A stretch of 63,693 bases of DNA, the filler included, from Lenisia limosa (taxonomy: Eukaryota; Protista; Breviatea), in the NCBI GenBank assembly GCA_001655205.1. It is 9 parts of 9 records of this genome, joined end to end, with 100 filler letters (N's around TTAATTAATTAA, not from the genome) between each part and the next. Parts side by side here need not be neighbours in the genome. Positions count along the whole stretch, not along the records: positions 17,098 to 27,125 come from LPNZ01011525.1; positions 27,226 to 36,332 come from LPNZ01002091.1; positions 36,433 to 53,705 come from LPNZ01007037.1; 6 more parts are not named here. One strand, given 5' to 3'. The notes under the pieces are model-generated. The model saw only the letters and a list, made by a program, of their open reading frames with translations. It made no database searches and had not been told where the DNA came from. Position 1 is the first letter of the stretch. Each line of letters starts with the position of its first letter. The translations under genes and the position numbers were made by a program. This document shows, in pieces, positions 26,940 to 39,400 of the stretch.

Positions 26940-29483
26940 ATGATGTATCGTTGCAGTTAGGAATAACACACTTGTCTCGAGAAGTAAAGAAACAGTGGTT
27001 TTCTCATCCTCAGCCGTTCCATCTCCTTGGATGGATGCTCGGATGGCCGTCCTTGGCCCCCCATCACGCTTCTCCCGACACCCTGTTGGTCCGTTCCTAT
27101 GTGGCCGCTATCGATGCAATTCATTNNNNNNNNNNNNNNNNNNNNNNNNNNNNNNNNNNNNNNNNNNNNTTAATTAATTAANNNNNNNNNNNNNNNNNNN
27201 NNNNNNNNNNNNNNNNNNNNNNNNNTAGGTTGGCTGTTCCAAGCAGCGTAGTGGCAAGCAAGTCGGCCCTAGGGGGGGGGGGTGATGGCATCATATACTA
27301 AGTAAATAAATAAAAATAACCCCCGAATTTATAAATAAAAAGTTACAATAAGAAGATGATTGCCCCTGAAAAAACAGTTTGTTTGACAGAGAAATGAGAT
27401 GAACAGCATACCAGGGGGTCCAAGATCGTGAGATCAGCGCCAAGCTTGATGAGAGCGCTGACAGCCACAGGCCGGCCAGACTTGGCAGCAAGATGGAGGG
27501 GAGTCAGGCCCTAGGGGGTGAGTATGGTCATTAATACCAGTAAAATATCGATAGCTATCCAGGATTTACAATTGAGATATTCACTCTGAGACGAAGAAAG
27601 CCCCATGAGCAAACCTTGTCGTCTTGGAGGTTAAACTCTCCACCAATCTAAGGACCATGAAAAAAGACAACCGCTATTAGAATAAGAGGAAGTCAGAAAG
27701 AAGACTAAACACTCTCCCACCTCAGCAAGTGCTTCGAAGATGGAGAAATCTCTGTTACAAAGTGCCGCAATATGCATAGCATTGCGCTTCTGAAAAGATG
27801 AAGAGGAAAGAAGCCTAAACTATAACTCCGTAGGTTGCAATCCTTCATTGACTTTTGAGTAAATAGAATAAAAAAAATATATTCTATACTAGTCCACTAC
27901 TAGTATTTGTAGGAATATTTTTGCATAATATTAATGCACGTTGGTAGAGCATCATCCAGTTCTCGGGACCCGGGTATATCAGAAGCCCCAGCAGCCCGGG
28001 CCACAAACCTTGGCATTGACGGTGGCGGCGTTTTGGCCTTGAGCGCCTAGGGTGCGGATGCAGTCGGCGTCACCGTCACTTGCAGCGGTGAAGAGCTGGA
28101 GGAGGTAAGGCGAAATCCTGATATTTGTGGATTTTTTAAATTTGAAGCGGAACTGCAGAATAAGAAAGCAACAAATATTTGATGAAATACTCAATGCTGA
28201 TTCCAAAGAAAACCACTCCCTCCAACGTTTTTTGGGGCGTCAATATCACTGGATTTCTAAATAATGAGACATCACTATGCCCAACTGTTTCAGCGTTACA
28301 GACAGAGTCACAAACCCCCGCAAACGATAGAATCTGGGTGGGCCTCAGCGCCTCCCTTCTTTGTCATGGCCTCGGAGAGCATACTGGCAATCTGAGTAAA
28401 GCCCTTACGCTCAGCAATGGCGTGAGCGTTGTTGTCCTGGAGTGTAAGGAGAACCGACCACTTAACATTCGGGCGATGCTGAGAATGAATTGCGAAATAA
28501 TGAAACCCACAAAGCGATCAAGGATGAAGGGGTTGGTTCTCTCGTTCTCGAGGAGAACCTCAATGACCTTGGGGTGGTTGCACATTGCGGCAAGGTGTAA
28601 GGGAGTGTGGCCCTTGGAGGAGTAAATCTTATCAACATTTATACTTCAGGGCGTGAGGTATGAGAAAAGAACAACATCTAATTGATACAGAAATATGACC
28701 ATAATTAACATGCTATTGGCGACCATAATAAAACACTAACCATTTCCTCTAAAACTCTGCACACCGCTGTCGACCGGACCCCCAACCTGATGATCCTTGA
28801 GGTTGGGGTTGACTCCATGCTTGAGGAAAAGCTCAACACAGTCGACGTGGCCGTTCCAGGCCGAAAGGTGCATTGGGACTCGGTGCTGCAACGTCATCGT
28901 GTTTTTACAGTAAAAAACCGGGTTCAAAGTTCTGAGAAATGAAACAGGTTATACTAGCGGCAAGAAAACCAAGGTTCTTATTCTTAAAACAAAGCCAATG
29001 ATCAACCCCCGTTTACAAGAGCGTCACGTTTGTTAAGGTCGGCATCGAGCTCGAGGAGAACTTCAACAGCCAGAATGCGGCCAACTTTAGAAGCGCAGTG
29101 AAGGGGGGTCATCTCCTACACAAGCATCATTATTGTTCTTATGAAGGAATGACAATTAGAAAGCTTTATTAGGCTGAAGCTGCCCCCAAGCAATAAACAA
29201 TCGGTGGTATTCGAGAGTGTCAATCAATCAATCCAGACAGACTCCTTGACCCCCTCAAACTGAATCATCCAAGCTCTCAAGATTACCACCATGCTTGATC
29301 AGGACGGGGAGAACGTCAACACAGTCCTTAAAAGCGGCAGTATGCATGGCCGATCTCCCCATTAGACTTCTCGCATTGGGGTCTGCGCCAGATAGGAGGA
29401 GAGCCTCCACACGCTCGGGGAAGTTGGAAGTAACAGCATCGAAGAGCTAACAGATATCAGTGAAAATCACTGTAGGAAGTCCA
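26940..29483 (-). CDS. Ankyrin-repeat protein (about 8 or more repeats)
   Basis: LLSGADPNARSLMGRSAMHTAAFKDC; EMTPLHCASKVG; PMHLSAWNGHVDCVELFLKHGVNPNLKD; GHTPLHLAAMCNHPKVIEVLL; AAKSGRPVAVSALIKLGAD; GRLACHYAAWN. An ankyrin-like exon at ~27000-27107 lies beyond the spacer. Confidence 0.9.
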
Positions 29484-29615
29484 TATTTTTGTAGGTAATA
29501 GAATATATACCATTACAGAATAAAATGGGCTGCAAATGAATGGTTGACAGAGATAGCAGAATAGATTGTTAAAAAACCACCCCCAACGCTTTGAGCTCCT
29601 TCGTTGATACCTACT

Positions 29616-30637
29616 GTACCAGTGGCTCTAAAGTTACCTTTGGAAGCCATTAGTGCAAAAGAAGAGCTCAAAACTTGCTCGGAACAGCTGGCTTAAGAGA
29701 AAAAAAAAAAAAAAAAANNNNNNNNNNNNNNNNNNNNNNNNNNNNNNNNNNNNNNNNNNNNNNNNNNNNNNNNNNNNNNNNNNNNNNNNNNNNNNNNNNN
29801 NNNNNNNNNNNNNNNNNNNNNNNNNNNNNNNNNNNNNNNNNNNNNNNNNNNNNNNNNNNNNNNNNNNNNNNNNNNNNNNNNNNNNNNNNNNNNNNNNNNN
29901 NNNNNNNNNNNNNNNNNNNNNNNNNNNNNNNNNNNNNNNNNNNNNNNNNNNNNNNNNNNNNNNNAGGGAGACAAATAGACCCCACCACCGGAGATCTGCA
30001 GGCATTGGATGCCGAGCTAACTCTCCGTGATGACATTGTTTGTGGAATGAAAGAGTATATCTTATTTTCTAGATGATTTTGGAACAATTCTCTGGTGTTA
30101 GGAGCTTCTCTCTGAACACCACTCATGCTACTTGGAAGGCTTCTGCACTCGCTGGAGTTCTTTCTGTTGGTTTTAAATTGCTTAACTCTTCATTGAACCC
30201 GAAAAAATCGAAATGAATTACTCGGAAGATTAATTGTTCTTTTTTACCGACAACTAGGCTGCTACAGGTACTGTTGTTGTTGGTTCCTCCAAGTGGGAAG
30301 CCCTTATTGGCCACGATGGCAAGTATTGGCCCTTCTACATCCAATTAGACGAGTCTCCTCATCTTCAGGTTGGTTTTGGTTCCACTTATTTGGCCTTCCC
30401 ACAACCCTCTAACCTCTTCCAAAGGTTAAACAACAATAATTTGGGGGTCATCGTGGAATACCGTTGTTCTGTTTTGACTTCCAGGGTGATCTTGATGAGG
30501 ATGGTCACCATGTTGTGGTTGCCCCCTACCACCTCGTCGATCTTGCAACCGTCTTCAAGCAGGGTTCTTTCGTTGCTGAGCTTGTGCCCAACTACGATGA
30601 AGTTCGTTTTGTGCGCTACCATCCCTCTTCTCAGTAG
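29616..30637 (+). CDS. Hypothetical protein
   Basis: Exons RQIDPTTGDLQALDAELTLRDD, WEALIGHDGKYWPFYIQLDESPHLQ|GDLDEDGHHVVVAPYHLVDLATVFKQG...RYHPSSQ*. Confidence 0.45.
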
Positions 30638-30849
30638 GCTGGGTGGTTTTTGGGTTGGTCCGCTGGTTTGATAATCCGAGCCCAGTTAACGGACCATTTC
30701 TTTCATTCCAACTAAGGTTTTTTCTTCATTCTTCCGCACATACTAATGGTTGGTGATACATTATTGGACTGTGATTCAAGTCTTATTGAGGCCTTTGTGG
30801 CAGTGGTTTGTGCAGGGCCGCGGGCCACTTTTATGAGTTTCTCATGATA

Positions 30850-33800
30850 GGGTTTATGCTTCCATGTTCACCTGCCTATGTGAACCTTCTTCTACCCATT
30901 TGTGTTTATTCTTTTGAGACCACCTATGCTTTTGCTTTGTGTGTTCGTGTTGCCTTTACTTCCATGTTCCTTGTAATAGTCAGAGGAATGTTCCAGATTT
31001 TTCTAGATTATTGTCTTTCAAGGCAGTGCTCACGCTATTAGGAACGAGTTTACCCCCACCTCTCTGCCCCCCGGCCTTACTGCTGTCGGCTACGATCCTG
31101 TCACTAGATGTGGGAGGGAAGCATGTTGCGTAAATACATTGCTCTATATATGCATTATAGTATATATGAATAATTCATAAAAGAGTACCTGTATGTGCCT
31201 TCCTCCCGTGTGACAACCACAGCTGGAGACACCGTGCCTCTCTCCGATGCGTTGACTTGCTCCAACTGCTACTTCCTCGGAACCGAAAGCCTGTTCCTCG
31301 AGGTCTCCTTCGACAACCGTGGGTGTAGGGCTGACCTTCATTGAAAGATCAATAGGCTTTAGTCTCTTTTTTTTTTGGGGGGGGGGGAATAGTCTCACAA
31401 TTTTTATGATTTTTAAATCAAATACGAAGCCTTATTCTTACGATTTTAGACGAGGTTGCCACCATGAACCTCCGTGTGAAGCCCAGTATCAACGGCCGCG
31501 TTGACCTTGCCTGGAACGCTACCACGCATGACAGTGACGTCACTCGCGTGTCCCTTATCGACTCCGAGGAAGCCATCCGCTGGGACTTCTCTCTCTGTGG
31601 GCTACACTTTATCATTTGAAAGTTATCATTCATCTTCACATCAGAAGTCAGTAATGATATAGATGTACCAAACATACTACTGTTGTTTATGTGACAGATC
31701 AAGAATTTCATTATGAGAATGAAGTCACATTCTGTAGTTGGAGTTCCCTTCGCTGCTCAAGTCCACCGTGACAGCCTTATCTCCACTTCCTTCAAGGTTT
31801 GCACCTTCATAATGCCATTTCCGTTGCCTCACCATATGATCTTTTAGTCCGAGGAATCCAAGAAGACCGGCCGCAATTCCATGGGTCTCTTCGGAGATGC
31901 AGAGGTTCAGTTCAACTACGCTTCTGACGCGATGGAGTGGCGTCACGATGGCGCCTTCTTTGACGTCTTCCTTGCCGAGAACACTGTCGCCTGGGACGAG
32001 ACCGGTCCTTCCGGTTGGTTAAGTCCATGCTTGACTTTTGGCAATGAATCATATTATTATGTACGCATCTAAACTCACATATTCAAAATAAGAACTAGAC
32101 AAGCATCAGCAACGTTATTTTGTTTATTAGTGCATTTATCGAACGTTTCATTGACCACCTAGTTTCCTCCAAGATGGGCTATGAAATGATGCTTCGTGTT
32201 GACCTTGCCGGTGGGGGGGAGGGGGTGCGCTCGATTCTCAGTTTAAAATGTAATATGAGATATTAACTTTCACAAAGCAGTCAAAAATTAATTTTCCAAA
32301 AGAAGAAGTGACATACTCCTAATCTTCTTAGGTATTCTTCCCATTGACTACGCTATGAAGTTCAGCCAAGAGGCCGAGAACGACAGCCCCGTTGTCTTTG
32401 CTTCCGGACAGGGTAGCACTGTCTTCAACATCCGAGGAGGTTGGTCCGGTGCTGCCACTGTGTGGACGGAAGGCCATAACTATTCCCATTTGTACGATTT
32501 TGACTATGGAGTAAGACACTCTGTTTTCTCAAAGGTCAAGCCAATAGAGTGGTGGGTAATCCGTTTTCATTTTTCAGACGATTACGGCATGTCCATGGTT
32601 GACGAGGCTCACTTCGAACTTGACGCAGTTGTGGAGGTCCAGACCAAGGCCGTTCGTGACGGTGAGTCTATTCTTAAGTCATGATGCTTTCTTGATACCC
32701 ATGTCCACACATTTGACCTCGCAGACGTTGCTTCTGAGTGCGCGCATCTCAACCGTTACACGTCGAGCGCCACGTCGAGCGTCGGCGAGCAGCTTGAGTG
32801 CGGCGAGTGCTTCCTGGGACAGGACCATGCTGGCAGCGTGGCGCCTGGCAACACTCTGTGCTCCGGATTCGAGTACCACTGGGGCCCCGTGACGCTCAAG
32901 TCCGTCGCCACCGCTGATGAGTGCAAGAGCGCGATCAACGACAAGTTGGGGGCTCGCGTCTTGCTTTTTTGGAGTCACCTGTATTATAATTCACCCGATT
33001 TTGTTTGCTTTGCCGCTGTATTCTCACCCCCCCCCCCCAGGGACTTTGACAACNNNNNNNNNNNNNNNNNNNNNNNNNNNNNNNNNNNNNNNNNNNNNNN
33101 NNNNNNNNNNNNNNNNNNNNNNNNNNNNNNNNNNNNNNNNNNNNNNNNNNNNNNNNGTCTCTCTCGACAAGTACATTCCCTCTTCCCAGGTTAGTGCGTT
33201 ATCTTTCTTGCTTGTTGTTTGACCTTGGGCTCCTCTCAATCATTCTAGCAAAAGAGCCTCTCATTCAATTATTCTTGCAAAAGAGTCACAATTCAATTCA
33301 TTCCTTGACCCCCCCCCCCTCAGCATGCTGACGGCAGCGTTATTTCTCTGGACATGCCCGTGACCTTCGAACACGTATGTCTGCCTGTCCCGTCCGGAAT
33401 TGAGTGGTCTGTCGGCTACGGCGGCGAGCCCGTCGACATCGGCCTTGACATTCCCGGCTTTGTCCAGACCCAGTTCGTCGCCATCGAGGCCGAAGGTCAG
33501 TCATGTTTTCAAGCATAGCGGCTGGATTTATTTCAATCAGTTTCGAGTCTATCACCGTGTGGTCTAAGAATGTTGTAACGTTTTAGGAACCTTCCTTGGC
33601 GGACTTGTTGGCGAGCGCTTCAACACCACCTGGGAGGTCGACCTTCACTTCAACGCCAAGCTCGACAAAATGCCCATTGCCATGCCCCTCAAGGTCGGTC
33701 TGGCTATTGGAGCGTTTTATTACTCACAACACAGCAGAAATCACCACTTTGCCTATTTTTTTTCAAACCTCATCACGTTGACAATAGCCAGTAGCGTTTT

Positions 33801-36227
33801 TTTTTTGTGTTGCTGAAGTCCCCCCTCCCCCGCATGTTAAATGTCGACATCTCACCCTGCAGGCCTCAGTCCATGGTGACGGCGTGCCAACTCTCCATGG
33901 CGTCTACGACTCCTTCGAAATCGAGCTTGACGAGTTCACTTACACCGCCCCCAACGGTGGGCTCATACTTGAGACATCGCCGCAGTCATTACTTATGCCT
34001 ATCTTTGGCTTCCCTACAATACCAAAAAAAGACCGAATAGCTCGATAAATCCTAGATAAATATCGATATTTAAACGGTCTTTTTCGGACCGTATTCCATA
34101 CTTATGCCTATTCCTTGCTGACACTTCAGGCTTCGAGGTTCATGCCAAGGTCATTGACGGCAACAACGACGGAATCATGGCAACCAGTCTCATCCAGGAC
34201 GACATTGCCCCTTATCTCTCCGTAGGCCATGACAAATATCTGTATTCTTCAATACCACTTTTTTGTTTTCACAAAGGAAAAAGACTTGCTCAATAGTTTA
34301 AAGACAAGATTACAAAGGGTGTCGTTTCTCAACCTGAGCTTTGTTTGTTTTGCTGTTATCAACACTCCTGTGCTGTCAGCCAACTGAGTTGATTTGGGCT
34401 TTTTTGTTTCTAAATTTCCTTCGTTTTANNNNNNNNNNNNNNNNNNNNNNNNNNNNNNNNNNNNNNNNNNNNNNNNNNNNNNNNNNNNNNNNNNNNNNNN
34501 NNNNNNNNNNNNNNNNNNNNNNNNNNNNNNNNNNNNNNNNNCTTTGATGTCCACATCCCAGGACTCAGCAAGGGCCTTTCCGACTTCTTCCTTGTCGACG
34601 CACAGATCTGCTTGGCGTCTCCGTGCGCACCTCCCACTGAGGCTGCCGATCTCGTCCCCGAAGACGCGGACGTCGCGTTCTTCCTCGACCTTGTCTCCAA
34701 CTCCACGTTCGAATACGAGGACATTACTTTCGGCGAGGCTTCTCCCTTCGCACTCCGTCTTGTTGCCGTCCGCACTATGGACGGGCTCAAGTGGATTGCC
34801 GAGGTCGAGGCCATCGTCAACGTGCACGAAGTCACGTGGGGCGCCATCGTGCGCTACAGCAGTCTTGACGCCACGCCTTCGGCTGTCACGCTCACGTCCA
34901 TGGGCCACGAGGACTTCGGCGTAGTTGAGGTCACTCACGACGTGAAGATCGACATCACCGGCAAGAGCAAGGCCTGTGGCACCGGAACTGGCGTTGTTAC
35001 CGTCCACGACTCCGCCGACCAGACCAGCAACCTTGTCGAGGCCAAGGGCGATATCGACGTCTGTTGGGAGGACGGCGTGGGCTGGACCTACAGCCTGCAC
35101 GGTGTTGCCAAGGTCATCGATTTCGGTGACGTGGAAGTCAAGGATGTTGAGGTTGTCTTCAACGGACTGAACAGTGTCGACAAGGCCAAGAGCTGGTGGA
35201 AGGGCGATCTCGCTGGCACCACTGAGTTCAAGGGATTCATGCTCCACGCCCACGCCACTTACGACAGCACTGCGGCCGAGGCCTTCAAGTACGACTTTAA
35301 GTTCCTGGAAAAGCAGACCTGGGGGCCACTCACCGTCGAGTCTGACCTTGTCTACGATCCGTACTGCATGGAGGACTTCTGCCAAGGCGGCGGCGTCAAT
35401 GTGACCGTTGCTTTTGGCGAGGGAGACAAGCGCAAGGAGTTCGCTCTTGCCGGTCGCCTCGAGTACTTCTGCGCCTTCTCTAAGGTCCAGAACCTTCCCC
35501 AATACATCATCACCACTTCCGGCCATGGTAAGCTGCTAATATAATGCTGTTTCTCTTTTCGCTTGTATGTAAAATTGCTTATCAAGGCTTCATCTGAACT
35601 GTTTGTGTTTTTATTATTTCACCCTCTCCCTCTCAGGAACCTGGAACATGAAGGAAATTAGCCCCCAGGGTGCCCCCACCATGGTTGATGTTGCGGTTCA
35701 GCTCTTCGGCTACCCCCAGGTATGATGACTATCATCCACTCATAAGCGCCCATCTCGCTTCCAAAATGGACTGTATTTTTGTAACATCTCGATTTTTCTA
35801 CTTTATAGAGCATTCATTATCAATCTTTTCTTCATTTTACTATTTAATGATAATAGTATTTCCTTTTGTGTTCCTTCACCACTCACCCCCCCCCCCAGGA
35901 GGACGGTAGCGTGTGGTGGATCGGAGAAGCGGCAGGAGACGGCTCATGGCTCGGATTCTCAGCCGAACTCGAACTCTTCTTCCAGGCCAAGTCCTCGCCT
36001 TCTGCGGTGACCTCTCTCGACTTTTTCAGCATCGACAGATGGGCTGTTGAGTTTGACATGCACAAGACATGGGGCGCCAAGGACGCTGTTGCCGTCACTG
36101 CTGACGGTCACTTTGCCTTTGCCCACCCCTGCCTTGATACCAGCGATGCCATGGGCAGCCTCAATGTCACCGTCGCGTGGCCTGATCACGACTTTGACCT
36201 CATCTCCATTGCCGAGTACAACTGCTC
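30850..36227 (+). CDS. Large secreted beta-rich protein with internal Cys-bracketed repeats (3' end runs into spacer)
   Basis: Signal-like ...FLIIVFQGSAHA, LTCSNCYFLG, about 15 exons with canonical junctions, long GC-rich exon 34542-35528; start codon uncertain. Confidence 0.75.
34000..34100. mobile_element. hAT MITE subfamily B (intronic)
   Basis: GGCTTCCCTACAAT...CGGACCGTA; perfect TSD CTTATGCC at 33992-33999 and 34101-34108. Confidence 0.85.
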
Positions 36228-36479
36228 GTAAGCTACAGCTGTATATGACACTCATTCCTTCTCATTTTTTTTTTTGACATCATATCATTTGCGTTATCCT
36301 CCTTTGACCCCCCTTTATACCACATCCTTTCTNNNNNNNNNNNNNNNNNNNNNNNNNNNNNNNNNNNNNNNNNNNNTTAATTAATTAANNNNNNNNNNNN
36401 NNNNNNNNNNNNNNNNNNNNNNNNNNNNNNNNTACAAAATGATATATCGTAGACTTTTCTGATATTATATAGCATCAGT

Positions 36480-39400
36480 TCAGCGGTATCTGGCTCAAGG
36501 GCTACTGCCATCATCAATATTAAATTTGTTAATGACGTCATTTCCAGACGGTGTTTGGTACATCAACGCGGGCAGTGTTCCGGCTCGCTCGTCTGCGACC
36601 AATCACATCCCTAATGATGGACATCTATTAGCACAAGATGGCTCCGTGTTCAATAGTGGGGTAGGGTGCATGCTGTGACTCCGACTTACATGTATAAATT
36701 GGCATTTTATCTTTGGTCTCTTGCCCCCACCCCCAGAGGAGTTTTTTGCTCAATTTGCATCTAACTGGCTTTAGAAGAAGGGACTGAATTGTATATTTCG
36801 CCCCTGCAAAAAGAAGAGCAACCCACGGTTGGTGGTCATGTACATTTATTATTTTATTTATCCTCGTTCTGATATGGCATAATATACTGCATAATGACAC
36901 TGCAGCGAGCTGCTATTTCCCTTTGGTGGTTTCTGTTGGCAGCCATTAATAATCACATTAGTCTCATATAATACATGTAGCTCTGGACTGTTACTCTTTA
37001 GTTGGGAACAAATTCGACGCGTCGCAGTACATGCGGAGTGTTTACCTTACTAAGTGAGTTGAATGCGAGATATCACCTAAAGGACGCTTTTTTTAACTTG
37101 AACTTTTTTTTGGCTTATAATGAAATTTTAGGTGACAATTCTCTGTATATGAAGAAAAAATTGCTCTACACCCACACTGTCGATGGAGAAGAAGTGGGCG
37201 ATGAAATAAGAGTGTAGAAAGTGATTAATATGGAATTGTTGCGATTTTATCAATTCGGTCACTTGGTTTATCTGAAATATTGTTTACTCACTGCTTTAGG
37301 TATCAACTTTAAACGGATGCGGTCGTTTCAACATTTTCCTGAATGTAGAGAAGACTGATGGCTCAAAGTATTCGCTTGTTTATCTCATTGACCACCCAGA
37401 CCACGAATACCCCTCATACGGTTTGCCAGTGATATTATACTCAGCGTTTCTCATTGTCACTTTACCGTTCACTGCTGTGCGAAGGCTTCCGTAGTTATAC
37501 ATATATATAGGTGTCTACACCCATATTTGTCTTGGGGTATCACCAGCTAGCAACATTTAACGTCTAAACCCCGTTACAATTGATGTTAACGACTCAGGAA
37601 GTTGTAACAAGAAACGAAATATATATATTATATGATATATTATGTAGTACATGTATGTATATCATATATGATGTACATGTATAATTTCATTTTCTAAACA
37701 TCATAATCCATTTTTCCAAATTTATCATGGTTCTCATTTCTTAGTGGGAGCATGTTTCCCAACAAAACCCCTCTACGGCGCAGTGAATCACATGCCTGAC
37801 ACATTGGGTAAGCTTGCTGCTAATGAGACCATTGTTATCGCATCAAATCATTTTGAACAACTGATGAACCTATATCGAGATTGAGTACGCATACACTGGA
37901 ATTAGGTCTGGTCTTTTTATTGTTGTAGATTTTTTAATTTATGCGTAAAAATGATTCTAATTCAAATACGTGCTGTTATATTACATGTATATAGTTAGGG
38001 CTTCACTTTGGTTAGAAAAAGACAGGTAAATTATCGAAAATTTCAGTTTTTTTTTAACTGAAGTGAAGCCCTACTTATAATATAATTTTAGAAAAAACCA
38101 AACCAACAAGTATTTCTTGTTAGGTACTTCACAAGGCTTGCATTCCACGCGGTAATAATCATTTAAATCAGTAAAATCACCACCGTTTTGTCTAGTAGTA
38201 TTGCTCACCGTGTTCAGTTGGTGTTATCTTGGGTTCCGTGAGTGACTCTACTGGAGCGTATTTGGCTGATAGTAAGGGGAACATAAGAGGAACATTTAAT
38301 ACATATTTCACATTTTCACTGTGACTACGTTGTTTTTCTTTTTTATAACTCTAAGGATTCACTGTTTTCTGGAAGCAACGCATCCACAACCGGTATTTAT
38401 TTCACTAGGCCTAAACCATGCGTACGAGTGCTTTGCCTACAACCCCATGCTTTCATTGAGCTCAGTTTATCCTGTCATTGACGTTATTTCTCTGTCAGAC
38501 TCTTCTGACGTAATGAGGCCCTTTTTTGTTGAGTGTTTGTGGAGGGGATATTCTTTTAGGTTATTGTTACCGCTGACCTGCTTTATCATCGATTAGTGGA
38601 TCTGTCACTGTTCGACCCACTCTACAGCAGCTATACAACCCTAGATGAGACTCTGCCTGACGACGGTTCAAATGATGGGCCGATTTTGAGTCTTGCTAAG
38701 GTGTATTCTGAGACACACGGATATGTAGTGGCCTATAAGCGAGGTGAGTGGTGACCTGCCTTGTTCATATTTTATTTAACTTTTAAACGATTTTTTCAAA
38801 TTCAACCGATTAATATTTTTATCTTCAATGTGAAGCCTGTGTCATATTGATACTTTAGCTGGAGGATCGCATTTCATTGTTAACAATGGCCGAGCCAAAA
38901 GGGTTGGAGTGCCTCTTGGTTACTCCAATTCATTCATTTTGAGTGAACTGTCCCTCCTGATTGTGACTGGTTTGGCCTGGATACGTTTTCATCTTGCAAG
39001 AGTTTCCTATCCTTTGGAAATAGTAAAACTAACGATAAAAGTGTTTTTTCTGACCTCTCAGGTGACATACCTGTGGCACCCACTACAGAAGGCCTCACAC
39101 CCCAGTTCACACTTTACCCTGGTGAAACTGTCGTTATTATGACATTCTTTTATCCGAGAGTGGGTTACGGTTGTTTTCTATCGTCTTACTTATTTTTTGA
39201 AATTCGGAATACTGTGGGAAATTAAACTACTTCTACATTCATCGTTTTAGTTTACGTTAAATTATTTCAGTGCTAATGTGCTGAACTTAGTGATTAACGA
39301 AAAGTTGGCAGGTCTTTTTATGATTCTCTTGATATGTAATTGGATATGATTCAGCTAGTTTTGAAGTATGAATTAAAACAAATTGGTTCTATTTGTTTGT

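Noticed and set aside
34426-35526. 366-aa ORF on the minus strand
   Set aside because: Antisense shadow of the GC-rich plus-strand exon, which has proper splice context and the repeats.
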